From NCBI GenBank assembly GCA_002189035.1, contig NEEC01000018.1:1178001-1242000 (forward strand): a stretch of DNA of 64,000 nucleotides, given 5' to 3'. The position numbers were made by a program, and so were the translations under genes. Source of the stretch: Utricularia gibba. Lineage: Eukaryota > Plantae > Magnoliophyta. Position 1 is the first letter of the stretch. Each line of letters starts with the position of its first letter. Positions 51,202 to 64,000 of the stretch are shown piece after piece. A model generated the notes under the pieces. It had not been told where the DNA came from and ran no database searches. It saw only the letters and a list, made by a program, of their open reading frames with translations.

Positions 51202-51776
51202 ATCATCCATGCCTCAGACCTACCGGACCGGAAACTTCTTCCTCCATGTTGCTGCTTCTGTAATTCTGATGTTGAATCAAAACTTCCTGAGCCTACTCCT
51301 TGCAAAATACACGTAATGGGTGTAAATGGGCCATGGGCCGCCGTGAAGGGCCCAACAGGCTATTAAAGTATTAGATGATTGTGGGCCCTTCATCCACGTT
51401 GCTATCTGCGGGCCCACGTATCCATAATGTGCTCCAATCGTATAATATTTTTAGTGTTTGGATTAGTGACGTAATGTTGTCATACGTGGGGCGACTGATA
51501 ACTAATTCTTGCATGTTGTACGACATTAATGTTGATCAACGTAAGACAAAAAGAGGTGGGCACGACAGTTCATGCAATGGCGACTTGTAATCCAGGTGAT
51601 TAATATACAATGGTCCATCCCAAGATACGCGCTTGTCTCATTTGATCCATAAGCGTGATATGATCATCACACTTCGTATTCCACGGATCTTGTATTACTA
51701 AATAAAACGGGTGAAAAAACAGCAAAATGGTAACTGATGATGATGATAACGATGATGCCGCGCCGTCGCTCGTGCT

Positions 51777-53728
51777 TCAGACGCGCCGCTCCGGCGACCA
51801 TTTGGGCAGGGTGGGGCTGAAATGCCTCGACATGACTCGTGCATCCAGAAGCTCGAGGATGGGCGCGAAGGTGACGCATCTGGGCACCTTGTACTGATTA
51901 ATCGAGGCTCCTCTGGAGATGGCGTAATCCATCACCTCCTCAAAAGTCCCGCGTCTCACGACGCGTATCTCCAGCGGCCCGATCGAGCCGTCTGCGACAC
52001 GGCACTGGCGGTAGACGGAGTTCAGCGACTCTTCCATCGCCAGGCAACACTTCTGGAGGACGGCATCGGAAGGCGCACTTGTCGCTTCCTTGTCCAGCAA
52101 TTCCCAGTAAATGACGTAATGCCCGGGGATAGTTTTCGTATCCGCGTAACTGGTGTACTCCACCACGGAGACGTTGGATTCCTGGAGGAAGACGGAAGCA
52201 TTCTCTACAGCGGATTGCAGCTCCGCCTCGTCGGTTTTATCGGAATCGATGCTGAGGAGGACGTTCTTGCGGCGGACAAACTGGAACCGCGGGGCCGAAT
52301 TGTGGAAACCGGCGACTCTGAGAATATCCCCTACTCTGTAACGGCAAAGACCAGAATACGTTGTGATGACGAGCTCGTACTCCTTCCCGATCTCGACATC
52401 CGCGAGGTCCACAAGCGACAGCGGCGCGTGGGAGTTACCCGAGCTCTCAATGGGGAGAAACTCAAAGTAACCCATATTCGGCATGATGGTGTACGTAACT
52501 TCAGAGGGGCTGCACATTGGGTTGAGATTCAGACCAAAATAGCACTCGGAGGAAGCGTACATCGTGCACGCTTTCGGCAAACCACCGCTGTAATAATCCA
52601 GAGTAGGAATATACTGCGCCATGGCGCCGGTGACGATCACATCAAGATACTTGGTATTGGGCCACATCCTGGTGATGATTCCTTCCCAGTTATCAGTACT
52701 GCACTCTTTGACAACGATATCCGCTAGATCTGGATCGGGTCGGAGAATCCGGGCCATGCATTCGCGGATCCCAGAGTCCGTGATCTGACTACAGAGCGTC
52801 CCAGTTCGGATATCGTGGGACAGTTGCCGCCAGTTGAGCTGGAGGAAGCGTATCGCGCGGAGGAGTCCGGATGCGAACACGGCTCCGACACGGAGGACGC
52901 TGACACGGTCTATGAGGCCGCAGAGCATTTGAGTATACATGCTCTGGAAGGAGTCGGGGCAGAGTATGGCCTCGTTGGGACTGGTGTAGACGTTGTAGGC
53001 ATCGTATGGACGTGCCTTGAAATGCTCGCTTTTGTAGTAGCTTGTGAGGACTGGCCTTGCGAGGAGGCCGCTAGGGGTACGAGTCTCGGACTTGATGAAG
53101 AGAAAGTAAAGGCCCTTGCCTTTGTCCAGGCCCTTCACGTATCTGTTTTTTTTTTCAGGAAAACTTTATCAGGATCCAATATTTTTTTTATGAAAAAAGC
53201 TTGAAAGGTGAATCTGATAAGCATCAACTCACAGGTTCATTACTGGTTGAAGAAGGCTGTAAAGGAACTGGCGACGGTCGAGTTCATCTTTTATCGTCGG
53301 CATCAGTTTTCGTTCGCCGGCGGAAGTTCCAGAACTGGAGGTCAATTATACCATTAGAATCCTTGCAAAAACAGCATAAGAGAAATTGCTTAACAAAATT
53401 GAGTTTACCTAGTTAGGAATTCAGAAATCGGTTGAGACGAGAGAATCGGAGAGCGATCTCCATTTGCGATTCTCTGAATCAGAGGCTGGAGATCTTCGTA
53501 CGTGGCCATCGGAATTCTCGATTTGAAAGTTTCACGGTCAACAGCGCCGTGGAGGTTGAATCTCCGGAGATATTCGGTGTCTGCATTTTGAGCGAGGATT
53601 TCCGCTAAAACCTGCCTTTGAACGGTGTCGGTGTTCCGAGTCAGATCCTCGATCAGTTGAAGTGCCTTTGCATCCCGGTCGCTCGCCGGAGAAGAGAACG
53701 GAGAAATGGAGTCGGATTCAACCGCCAT
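51777..53728 (-). CDS. GH3: GH3 acyl-acid amido synthetase, group II (IAA-amido synthetase GH3.1/3.3-like), 595 aa
   Basis: Exons (minus): 53728-53409, 53334-53233 and 53142-51777, totalling 1788 nt. Motifs: [34 protein letters not shown] and QYKVPRCV. Confidence 0.95.
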
Positions 53729-53824
53729 TTCAGAAGCAGGATTAGTATCGTAAAAGAGGAGGAGAATTTCAAACTGAAACTCAAGTATGAGGATGATGAT
53801 AAGAAAGGGGAGTTCATGGGGAAG

Positions 53825-53893
53825 TATTTATAGAGGGGGACAACGCGCGCGACACAAATGCCACATCACGTGGTGCGTCATGGTGGGGACCAC
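53825..53893 (-). promoter_or_regulatory. GH3 core promoter module: TATA, AuxRE-like, G-box, TGACG and TCP-like motifs
   Basis: On the minus strand: CTATAAATA (53825-53833), TGTCCC (53837-53842), CACGTG (53867-53872), TGACGCA (53874-53880) and GTGGTCCCC (53885-53893). These are motif matches only, although TGTC plus bZIP-site coupling is known from GH3 promoters. Confidence 0.55.
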
Positions 53894-56800
53894 AGTTTTT
53901 TTCTTTTTTTAGTGGAAGCAGAACAGAATGCGAGCGAAATTTGTTGGAAGTAGTAGTAGAAACAATCCAATTGGGGGGGTTGATGGGCAATCTCGTAAAT
54001 ACACGATGTAGGGCACGCAGGGGACATTCTGGGTCCCATACGTCTATATCCTGCCACGAATATGGGCAACCTGTGGGCCCCAGTCATGGAACGCCACGGG
54101 CATGGGCCCGCTTTGCCCAAGAGATGGACCCGTACCGGCTGGCCGGTTCACCTAACTTACCCACACCCCCCATTTTTCTTTTCAACCAAATTTGGCATAT
54201 AAAAAGTGATTTGAATCTTCTTATACTTCAAATTCAATTCTAAAGCATTCAATTTAAATAATTATTTATATTTTATAAATATTAGAAAATATAATTATAA
54301 ATTATTGAATCCATAGGATTTCAATTTAAATTTTTTATTAAAGAGATTTTCTAAAACACAGTTTCAATGAATTGAATGAAATGATTGAATTAACTTCAAT
54401 TGAAAAATGTGATAGCATGAAGTATTCAACACATCCTCACTTCTATTTTCATGTCAAACTTAACTTAAAATAAATAGAATAAAATACTCTTCTAAATTTA
54501 GGGTTTGAATATGAGTACTTACATTAAAATTTGGCTAAGTTAAATGTTATATTATTAACTTTTAAATTGTCTACTTAAATTTAAAATAAAATAAGTTATA
54601 TTTTTATTTAAGTATGATTGTTTTGAAACTCATCAAAACGAGTAGATCGTGTTGAACCATAAAAAATTGGGCATCTGATGAAAGTTTGATGTTCAAAAAA
54701 TAGACTTATATTAGTTTTCATCAGAGACGAAGTGATAGGAACAATTAAAATGTTGCGATTCCAACTCTCATTTTGATATAAAGTTGATTTTCAGTTTTTA
54801 AAACACACAAGTATGATAGAATGATACAAATTTTGTGTTTTAGATACAATATTGTGCACTACTCCTGATGTATTTGAACTCGAGAGATGTTCTAAGAGCA
54901 AATTGTGCATTCATATGTCATTTATTTTTTATGCGATATCTTTCAAATCATGAGAATTCATAATATCCACAATATATCTTTTCGAATTGTTAACATTGAG
55001 ACATAAAAGTCAGTTGCACCGATCATTCGTGAGAAACAACCAATAATACAATAAAATCATGCCCAAGCGTGTGCTTCATCGAGTACGGACGATAATATCT
55101 GGACGATCGTGTGCAATTTTCATTGACGGAATATCCAGTATTAATTGCCACGTTGCGGTTGAAAAATTAATGAGGGTGCCCAGTTATATTGAGTTATAAT
55201 AAATTGACCCCTGCAGTTTCAGAAATCTCATTGTGGGGATAACTCTACACGCTCTCGGTGTAAATCCCACGTGTCATCCTCAATAAACAAATATCCAATT
55301 ACCATGCGTCAACGGAGGTGCCTAAAACTTTGTTGACAGTCCAAGAAAATAAATTCATAAGTAATTATATTATTAATACATGAACAACTCTTATCTTAAA
55401 TAAAATCAAAAAAATTAAATACAATTTTTATGTATAATATAAATCTGAATCCCTATTTTGCAAATGTTCTGTTTTATTAATTTCTTGAAGTTATTTATTA
55501 TATTCAATTTTAAAAAATTCTAATATTTAATAGGAATAGGTTTGTAGTAAAATCAAAAATTTAGATTTTGTGATTAATTTCAAAATTATTGAATTTATTA
55601 AATTTTTATTTTGAAGACTAAATAAGAAATTAATTAAAAATTTTATATTAAAAATACATTATATTATAATATTAAATTATATAATAATTTAATATATTAG
55701 ACTTCACAATATTTATTTTATTTTATTAAATTTTATAATATAATTTTATATCATGCCACAAAATAGTTTTATAGTCTCAAATTGATTTTATTTATATAGT
55801 TTTAAAATTAATTTTATTTTACATAATTTAATCACAGTTTGAAATTACATAACAGATATATTACGTAGCAAAAATCTGGATTTCGGATTTTCCTGTTATA
55901 AAATATTTGTAAAATATCCCTGAAATTTATCCGAAATTTCTTTGAAATTCAAACATGGATGTTTGAGGACGCAACGGCAATACACCACGGGGGTCAAAAG
56001 TCCAAATGCCCGAATTCACACGAATTAGAATAATTAGCGTGTTAACAACTATCAAGGGAACAGGCTCCATTATTATATTATATAATAACTCATGTCCACA
56101 CTTTTAGTTCAGAAACACGACCAAACGTGCGTCTTGTGAAGACTTTGGATCCAATCATTCTTCACTTCACGGGCGCCCGAACAATAATTGAATGGCCACT
56201 TTGAAATTATTCTAAAAATAACATTCTTCTGCATTATTAGGTAGGCCTATGTTTTAAAACGCAGCCCCCCCTCCCCTTAAAATATCTTGATCATAATGAT
56301 ATATAACAAATTTTAATATTTAATTGTTTTTGTATATTAAAAATTGAAATTCATATTATGTGATTAATTTTAGAAATTATTAAATTCCTGTTTTCATGAG
56401 TAATTAAGAGATTAATTAAAAAATTATATAAATACAATGAAATTTGAAAAATAAATGGTTGAACTATTTACATTTTATTTATATCATTCACTACTTGTAT
56501 CCATTTTTTCTGTTTTTTTACAATTTCCACGTAAAAATTCTTGTGTCTTTTTATTTTTTTCGTCCTTAACACTAAATCCAAAATTGCTATTTTTCAAATC
56601 AGATTCTTCAAAACCTAATTTACAACCCCAAAATTGGTCGAATCCAATTGGATAGATTTTCAATCACAACAATAATATATAATTTATTTTACTTAATTGT
56701 ATAATATTATTTGATATTATCCTAAAATAATTTATAATATTAAATTTATTATATTTATATGATTCAAAATTAATTTAATTCTATATAATATGAATCATCG

Positions 56801-59800
56801 ATTCAACCTATTGAACATAACCTATATAGGTAATAAGATGGATCATCATCAATATTCATAATTTATATTAATATTTCAAAGACAAATTGATATTTATACA
56901 AGGCGAGTTGATATTTTTGTAATGACGGCAGTGAGAGTTGAATTGGGTGGTAATAGTTTATACCATGAGTGACAATAATGTAGGGAGGCCGAGCAGACAA
57001 GAATAGGCCCTATTAAAGAAACCTAGGGGCTAGGCTTCATTATATGATTGCTTTTTTCTTTCCTTCCACGGAAAAGCGAGCAACAAAATGTCAACTATTT
57101 GATTTATAAATAAATAAATAATAATTACATGATTATCGTTCATGCATAGACATATATTAAATATAGATAAATTTTAATTTTGAATAGGTAAATAATGTTT
57201 TATATTTTATTAAATTGGGGGGAAAGGAAAAGAAAAGAAAAGAATTTATGTAACCAACCTATAGAGAGATTGGGACCATTTGAAGTGTGCACGTGTTGGG
57301 GGATGGGTGTTGCTGCTAAAAACTAAACATGGTTTTGAAAGTATTTGCAATGCATAGCTATCGCTTTGGCGTGTGCCCCCATGCCACAGCATCGTCGCTT
57401 TCGCCTTAAAGACTTGTGTCCAAACAATACTCGGCACTGCGGGACCCACAACCCGCACATTTCTCCACGTATTTATCCTCTGCATTTTCATCATTGGAAT
57501 AACTATTATTTTTAAATATTTTTTTCCTAAAAAAACTATGAAATATTAGATATAATGAACAGGGTTAGAAATTCGAAAGTTTTCTGAAATGTAAAAATAA
57601 GTGTAATAACATTGACAATGATTGGTTTATTGTTTATTTGTAACTTCTTTTCAGTAAAAAAAATAGATGTATCTAATTATAGTTACGAAATTGAAAACAA
57701 AAATTATAAATTTTTTAAAACATTTCCAAAAATTATAGTCATATTAACTTAATCCATTATTGTCAGTCTATAAATTAATTACTCACAATTATATTTATTG
57801 TCAGTCGATAAATTGTACTTTTTTGAATTGTGATAATGAATATCATTCAGTTTATCTTAAAAGATTCTCATTTCTTCGATTCTAAATACTGATATTTTAC
57901 AGTTCTTTTATTTTTGTTGATATTGGTTTATTAAACTATAAGACTCAACTTTCGATCGAAATCGTTTGGTTTTGAAATAGTATCAAGAATTTGGAGGACA
58001 TAAAAAAAAATTATGAAAATTGAAACGAGTTATTTTAAATGAAATCATTTAAATTTCAATCAAAATTGTTTTTTATTTAAAACATTGCAACCAGCAATAT
58101 TTTTTTACTATTAAAAAAGTCTGAATTGGTCCACAAATGTTATTTGGAGTACGGCCGCCAGCAGGCAGATTAATCGACAGTACTTTTTTTTTTACTGGCT
58201 GTCTTTCTCCGTCAGCGTAGCTGAAGGCCGCGCCTAGTTACCCTCCTCCCCGCCACACTCACACACGTAGACTGAAGAGCAGTAAAAAAATGGCAAGTCC
58301 GCGGTAATTTTGAGCACAAGTAACTGAACATTAACGGGGTAAAAACTAGGAAGGAAGGGCGTAGGTAACTTTTTGCACGTGGAGAGTTGTCAAGGCAGTG
58401 ACTATTCAATGGATGCAGCACGATTTCAGGGAACAAGCCTCTTAATTCTGTTGCCCTCTATCCTTTTCTGTTGTAATTTAAATATATTATTTGGGAAAAC
58501 AAAAAGTGGTCCTTTATTCCAAAATAATAATCATTTTTAAATTCCCCTTGTTTTCAAAAATTCCGGCACGTGGACCCACACACGTCAAGTCTCTGAACCC
58601 ACCATCACCAACATGGATGCATACTCTTGTTATGCTACACCAAAACTGTCGCCTTTTCCCTCAGACACTTACAAAAGGTTACTTTCCACCTTTTTTATTT
58701 ATTTAAATATGTGAAAACTTAATTTAAAGCTCTCCAAGGGCTAAATATTTCAATTATTTCTTACTATGGATTATTTTTTTTAAAAAGTTCAGAAGCAGTT
58801 TTAGATCAGGGTGTTTTAGATGTGCAATTACAGAAATAGCCCTCGCGTGTTTAACGTGCCCAAATGAAGTTGCCGAAAAGGGGATAGAACATTGCCCTGG
58901 GGCCGGATAAGGCTCAGGCGTACCGACCATGCCTATAAATAGAAAGCAATCCAGCCCTTTCCTCCACCATACTTTTTCCTTTGTAATAAAGGAAGATAGG
59001 TCATCAGTTATCGATTTAGTATGTGCGGTATATTAAAAAAGTGCTTGGTGTATTTTGAATGTGTGAGAAAATTAAACACCTTATGTGTAAAAATTTATTT
59101 TTAATGGGTGAGAAAGAAAATGAATAATTAATAGTGTATTTAAATTATTTATATTTAGATAAATATGTATTATATAATTAAGACTAAAGTTTGTTTAATA
59201 TATAAGATTTGAATATATTTCTAACACGTATGTAATAAACTTGATATGTTGTTGTCTGGAGTTTTACTAAATTAAGTAGCAGGGCTCAGTCTTTTGATAG
59301 CAAAATTAGTTCAGGGTTGGAAGCTTCGGACATGGAACATTTCCCGGAATAGAAACTAGAAACCAATATGTAACGGAAGGAAAGTGAAAACGTGTTCTTA
59401 ATGTTATGGGGTTTAGGGAAAAATCAGTTAACCATATTTTAATTTATATAAAATTAATATAAAATAAAATAAGAAATTAAGGAATAAATATTGTGTAAGA
59501 AAAAGAAGCAGCTTTTCATCAAGTCCAATAAGGATGACCTAGCCAACCCCAAAGTAATTAAGTATGGGCCAAAGAGGGCCTACTATTTTATGCAAGCCTA
59601 TTGGGCTTTAGGCCCAACCCGTTGTTTTTCTAGGATAAAATTAATCGTTAATTGCAAGTAATATTCATCGAGGGAACGACGCTGCTTCTGCTTCGCTTTA
59701 CTGGACGCCACGCGCTCGCGCATAGTTCGAACTTCGAACATACGTTGATCCTGCTTCGCCATCCTCGTACGATTGGACGTGACCAGCACAAAAATTTCCA

Positions 59801-60460
59801 TACGCATGGGTGGTAGGTCAGACGCCAGTGCTGGGGAAGGCAGAGTCCATGGGATTCCTCACAAAGCTCGAAAAGCGACCGATAAAATGATCGTTTAGAA
59901 GAAATAATCTTTGCGGCTATTCTCAGGCAAACCTCTCAGACACAGTACAAGGACCCTTCAAGGTTTTCTGGAAATGTATGCGCTCAAAACCTTGATATGA
60001 ACAGCACCAGACTGGTGTCGTTAACTGAGTCCTATACAGAATTCCACCGTCTTGTTTTTGAATTCCGTTGTTGTGAATAGATGTGGGATCTTCCCCTAGT
60101 TTTTTTCTGAGTTAATTGATCACTCCTATCGGATTCTTAAGTTGGGCATTTTGGTGTTAGAATCCTGCATTTGTATATTGAAAGTCGGGAGATGTATGTT
60201 GGCTTATCACATGAGTGTTTCTGTGAAGAAACATAGTTCTGAAATAATGGTCACTGAAACTGAGCTTGTTTGGCAGCCATGTGTTTTTCCAGCTAAACGT
60301 TATGAAGTGTAAGCAGGAGATGAGGTGAAGCATGCTTTCATTTTCATATGCAGAAACTCGCCACAACAGTTTTGCAATCTTCCAGATGATGACCTACCCT
60401 ACAAACACTAGAAGTCTAGAGAAAACTAACACAATTATCTAACCTTGAACATTGCGGTTT

Positions 60461-60940
60461 CTACAGTTTCAGATTTAGATCAAGGGTGCTAAACTTGAGT
60501 GGCTTCTGCCCTGGTTCTTCTTGCATGTCAAACAGGAAAGTTGCTGGCCGCTTCATATTTGTTGCCTCGTCAAGTTTTCCTGATTCAGATGGTATTCCAG
60601 GTCTGGGATTCGAAGCAGCAAACCTGGTGTCCCTTCTGACTGGTTTCTGAACCAATGAATGAGGTTGAACCCTTGATCTCATCATCATGGTTGTTTGTAG
60701 TGGTTGGGGCATCATCGACATCATGTTGTGGTGCTGCATTGCTGCTTTCCTTTCCTTTTTGTGGGCGTTTTGATGTCCACCGAGAGCCTGGGAGCTGTAG
60801 AACTTCTGAAAGCAGAAATTACATGTGAAAAGTTTAGGTCTTGCTTCATGTTTCTCCAAATCCGATGGTTCCCTTCTCAGGCTCAGAGACAACCACTCTC
60901 TTGAGTTTTGCGGCCATGTTCTCTGATCTTCACTAGCCAT
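60461..60940 (-). CDS. Single-finger C2H2 zinc-finger protein with C-terminal EAR motif (ZFP, C1-1i type), 159 aa
   Basis: ATG at 60940 (the ORF track start at 60964 is TTG). It has [33 protein letters not shown] and a terminal LDLNLKL. Confidence 0.9.
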   Translation of the reverse strand: MASEDQRTWPQNSREWLSLSLRREPSDLEKHEARPKLFTCNFCFQKFYSSQALGGHQNAHKKERKAAMQHHNMMSMMPQPLQTTMMMRSRVQPHSLVQKPVRRDTRFAASNPRPGIPSESGKLDEATNMKRPATFLFDMQEEPGQKPLKFSTLDLNLKL

Positions 60941-62689
60941 GTTTTTTTTCCAAACTCCCTCCAAGTTCGCTGGTTTTCTCCTTGTGGCGATTCCTAGTTC
61001 GTTTGTTCTCTGAAAGATGCTCCAAAAAACAGGAAGGGCACAAATTATTCAGATGATGAGGCACCATAAATACAACTTTCTTTGATGACCCCTCACTGCC
61101 CCCACACGGTGATGCTGACCACATAATTCGTTGTTTTCCACAGATTCTCCACTAGCTCTCTTTTTTCTTTATGATGAGTCACAGAAGCTTTACGTTGTTT
61201 ACAGTAAAATATGAAAAGAAAGACCTCAACAGAAGTTGCACTCCACTCAAACCACAAACTTTCCCCATCAATATGGGCTTCGTTTTATGTAAAACTTACT
61301 GGCTTTTATGCTCGGAGTTTCAGCTACTTTTCTTTTCTTCTTTAGAAGTTGTTCTTCATTGCCTAAGCTTCCAGACCCTGCAGTTAAGAGCCATACTTGG
61401 TAAGCTTGGGCCTGCAAAAACACTTATCCCTTTTTCTTCTCTTTTTTCTTAAAGAAGAAAAGGGAGTGAGTCAACACAAGCTTTTATCTAGAATACAGAT
61501 GCTAGAACTAGTGGTTGCAGAATCATCGCACTACGGCTACCCTAAACCGCAGAAAGGGTAGCACTTACATATTCCTTGACCAGATGAAGGGTAGATCAAC
61601 TCCGGAGATAAAATGTAAGGATTGAGTAGTTGTTCATCGCCCAACTGTACTTAAACGAATACTGGCAGCTCCCGATGTGTTGACCAAACAATATGCTCAA
61701 GTGCCTGTCAATTAATAGCGACACCATTCAGAAATAAACTCAATCAGATGACTGCAAACAGCACTGGTGATAATGGTGAACAAAATTATGAATGAATACG
61801 TGCTCAATGAGTTGACAGCCACTTCCAAAATAGTGCAAGTCCACCCACTTGATAATCTAGTGGAAGATGAATAGAGACACGATCTAAAAGCGAAGACAGA
61901 GCAAAACATGAACAGCTGACGCGTAAAGGAACCGGCCACCTACATATTCAATGGGAAAATTCTAAGACACAACATGCACGAGCAAAGACAAAAAAATGAA
62001 GATGCAAAAAGAACTCCAGAGTTTCATATAATCCACAACCGTCTCCATCAGCACACAAAGAAGCCGCATTTTTTTCAGCAGTACAATTCACACCAGCCCA
62101 CTTTAATTCCGGAAACTTACATCAACAACTCCTGCAATCCCCGTTTCACTACACATAATTGATGGATCCAATTCTCCGAATTCCAAAACGGCTTACTGTA
62201 TTGGGAGCATTGAACGGATAGCTCCATTGATGCATGCGATCATCCCAATCGGTGTCGATGAAGAATCAAAACCAAGGGATTGGTAAAATCCCAGCCACTG
62301 AAGAATTGGTTTTCGGGGTTTTAATTAATTTAATATATTCAATTTACAACCAATTTTATAAAAAAATCTCTTCCGTGGTAAATCAAAAATTGACTTTTAT
62401 ATGTTTATTTTAAATAATAACATGAAACTATTTTTTAAATGAAAATTTATATCGGAGTATTTTTTCAATGAACGTCTCATTAAAAAAAAAAACTTTATAA
62501 TAGACAAGTTTTGATACAAACTATTTAGATTTCATAAAATAGATCATTAAAATACAATCTTAATTTTAGAATCAAAATAGATTTTCATTAAATAATACCA
62601 TTTTATATAAAAAAAATACCAAAATCATATGTCAAATACATTTTTAAAATTTAAAACTCATATTTAATTTTAAATCACAAGTTTTACTT

Positions 62690-63410
62690 ATTTTTATTTT
62701 ACAGTCAAACACTTTAATTTATGCAAAATACAGTCAATAAGTTTATCAATAAATTTAATTTATGCCAGGTTAAAAACTATTTTAAAAATTTTAAAAATTT
62801 GAGATAAATATTTTTAAAGAGAATTAAAATTTAATATACATTTTTAAAAAATATTGTAAATTTTTAAAAAATTATTCAAAAAATACTAAAAAATTATGAA
62901 AAATTATTACACTTTTTTCTAGTTTCATTTCTTATAATTTTCTACAAAATGGTATTATAGAAATAATATCTATACACAAAATTTCCTTTATCTTTTCATA
63001 TTTCAATTTTAATCAAAGACATTTATGTAAATTCAATTATCAAAATGAAATCATTGTTAGTATGTGTGATACAGTTGGTGTAATCGAAAAAAACATACAA
63101 GGATGACATAGTACTTTGAAGAAATGATAAGAAAGCATTATTTATGTTCATGAATTACTATTAAGATGTTTTAATATCAAAAAAAATTGGATAATGGAAG
63201 TATCATAGAAGAAATATTAAAAATTGAGAAAAATAATTTTAAAAAATTTAAAATATTTTAAAAAATATATATTGAATTTTAGCTCTATTTAAAAATATAT
63301 ATATCTCAAATTTTAAAATATTTTTTGACCGAAATGGCATAAATTGAATTTATTTGTAAATTTGTTGACTGAATTTTAAACAATTTAAAGTATTTGACTG
63401 TAAAATGAAA
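62690..63410. mobile_element. Foldback / Mutator-like non-autonomous element with long TIRs (about 170-180 bp)
   Basis: About 62690-62870 (ttttacagtcaaacactttaa...acagtcaataagtttatcaataaatttaatttatgcca...aaatttgagata..) aligns with the reverse complement of about 63240-63410 (ttttacagtcaaatactttaa...tcagtcaacaaatttacaaataaattcaatttatgcca...aaatttgagata..). Outer termini and TSD were not resolved. Confidence 0.65.
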
Positions 63411-64000
63411 ATGATTGAAAAATTATAACTTAAAAAATGATTTTTACTTAAATTCTATTTTATAATCTCCATTCCATGAAGCCCAAATCTGTTTTGGATC
63501 AAGACTACTCCAAGTAAATCGGATCCGGGCCGGCCCCATGATTCAAACTCTCACAAGAATTTCATGGGGAATAAGTCAATGCTATTTGACTGTTATTTGC
63601 AAATATGACCATTTTTCATTATTTATCACATTCATAAAAAAAAAATTAATTTTATCACACATTGAAAAGAGAATGACCATATTTACAATATATCCACTAT
63701 TTGACGATGGTGTGATTCTTTAAACATTATTTTTTGAGTAGTGTTTTATTTTTTATAAAATACTTTTAATTGCTATTTCTTAGAAAATTAAAAGTGTTAA
63801 TATTTTATAATAAAATTATTTATAAAATATTTTTTTATAAAAAGATGATACATTTTTAACAATTTTTTAAATGAAAAGGTTATATTATAATATATATTTT
63901 TGATTTAGTGGTTCAAAGTCTTTGGAACCAAATTTGAAGGCTTTTCAGATGAGCTCCACCATCTTTTCTTTATTGCAGTCGAGTCCAGTCAAAAGACAAC

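Noticed and set aside
51822-52727. 301-aa plus-strand ORF (also 52815-53204)
   Set aside because: It lies exactly antisense to the GC3-rich GH3 exon 3. It is a shadow ORF with no recognisable motifs.
58800-59020. LTR-like remnant (cctataaatag followed by ctttgtaataaa)
   Set aside because: No TG...CA boundaries, TSD, PBS or second copy could be found, so it is too weak to call.
59700-59790. tRNA/SINE-like B-box (GTTCGAAC at 59725-59732)
   Set aside because: I could not build a cloverleaf or find a convincing A-box, poly-A/T tail or TSD.

Overview
This is plant (eudicot) nuclear DNA with AT-rich intergenic regions and spliceosomal introns. It is probably Lamiales, inferred only from the recalled similarity of the PRISE N-terminus to Digitalis P5bR. 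The left half (1.6-30.1 kb) is a rearranged tandem array of clade-IA-type serine carboxypeptidase-like (SCPL, GDSY-type acyltransferase) genes co-duplicated with a CYSTM (Pro/Tyr-rich, Cys-rich TM) gene. It has 8 SCPL-derived loci: B (6594-9677, -) and E (23558-27468, +) are intact, D (13597-16730, -) is intact except for ATG>ACG, A is full length but frameshifted, and there are four fragments. It also has 4 CYSTM-derived loci, none with an unbroken frame as assembled, plus a complete TRIM retroelement and several MITE/MULE-like insertions. The right half (30-64 kb) is an ordinary single-copy neighbourhood: ZAT10-like C2H2, NPY/NPH3-BTB, an uncharacterised 667-aa protein with a 5x internal motif, PP2C clade D, PRISE/VEP1, SWIB, GASA/snakin, GH3, a single-finger C2H2-EAR gene, and a foldback element near the end. 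I read exon boundaries by hand from splice sites and paralog alignment and ran no database searches. Family assignments rest on recognised motifs. No rRNA, tRNA or CRISPR array was found.
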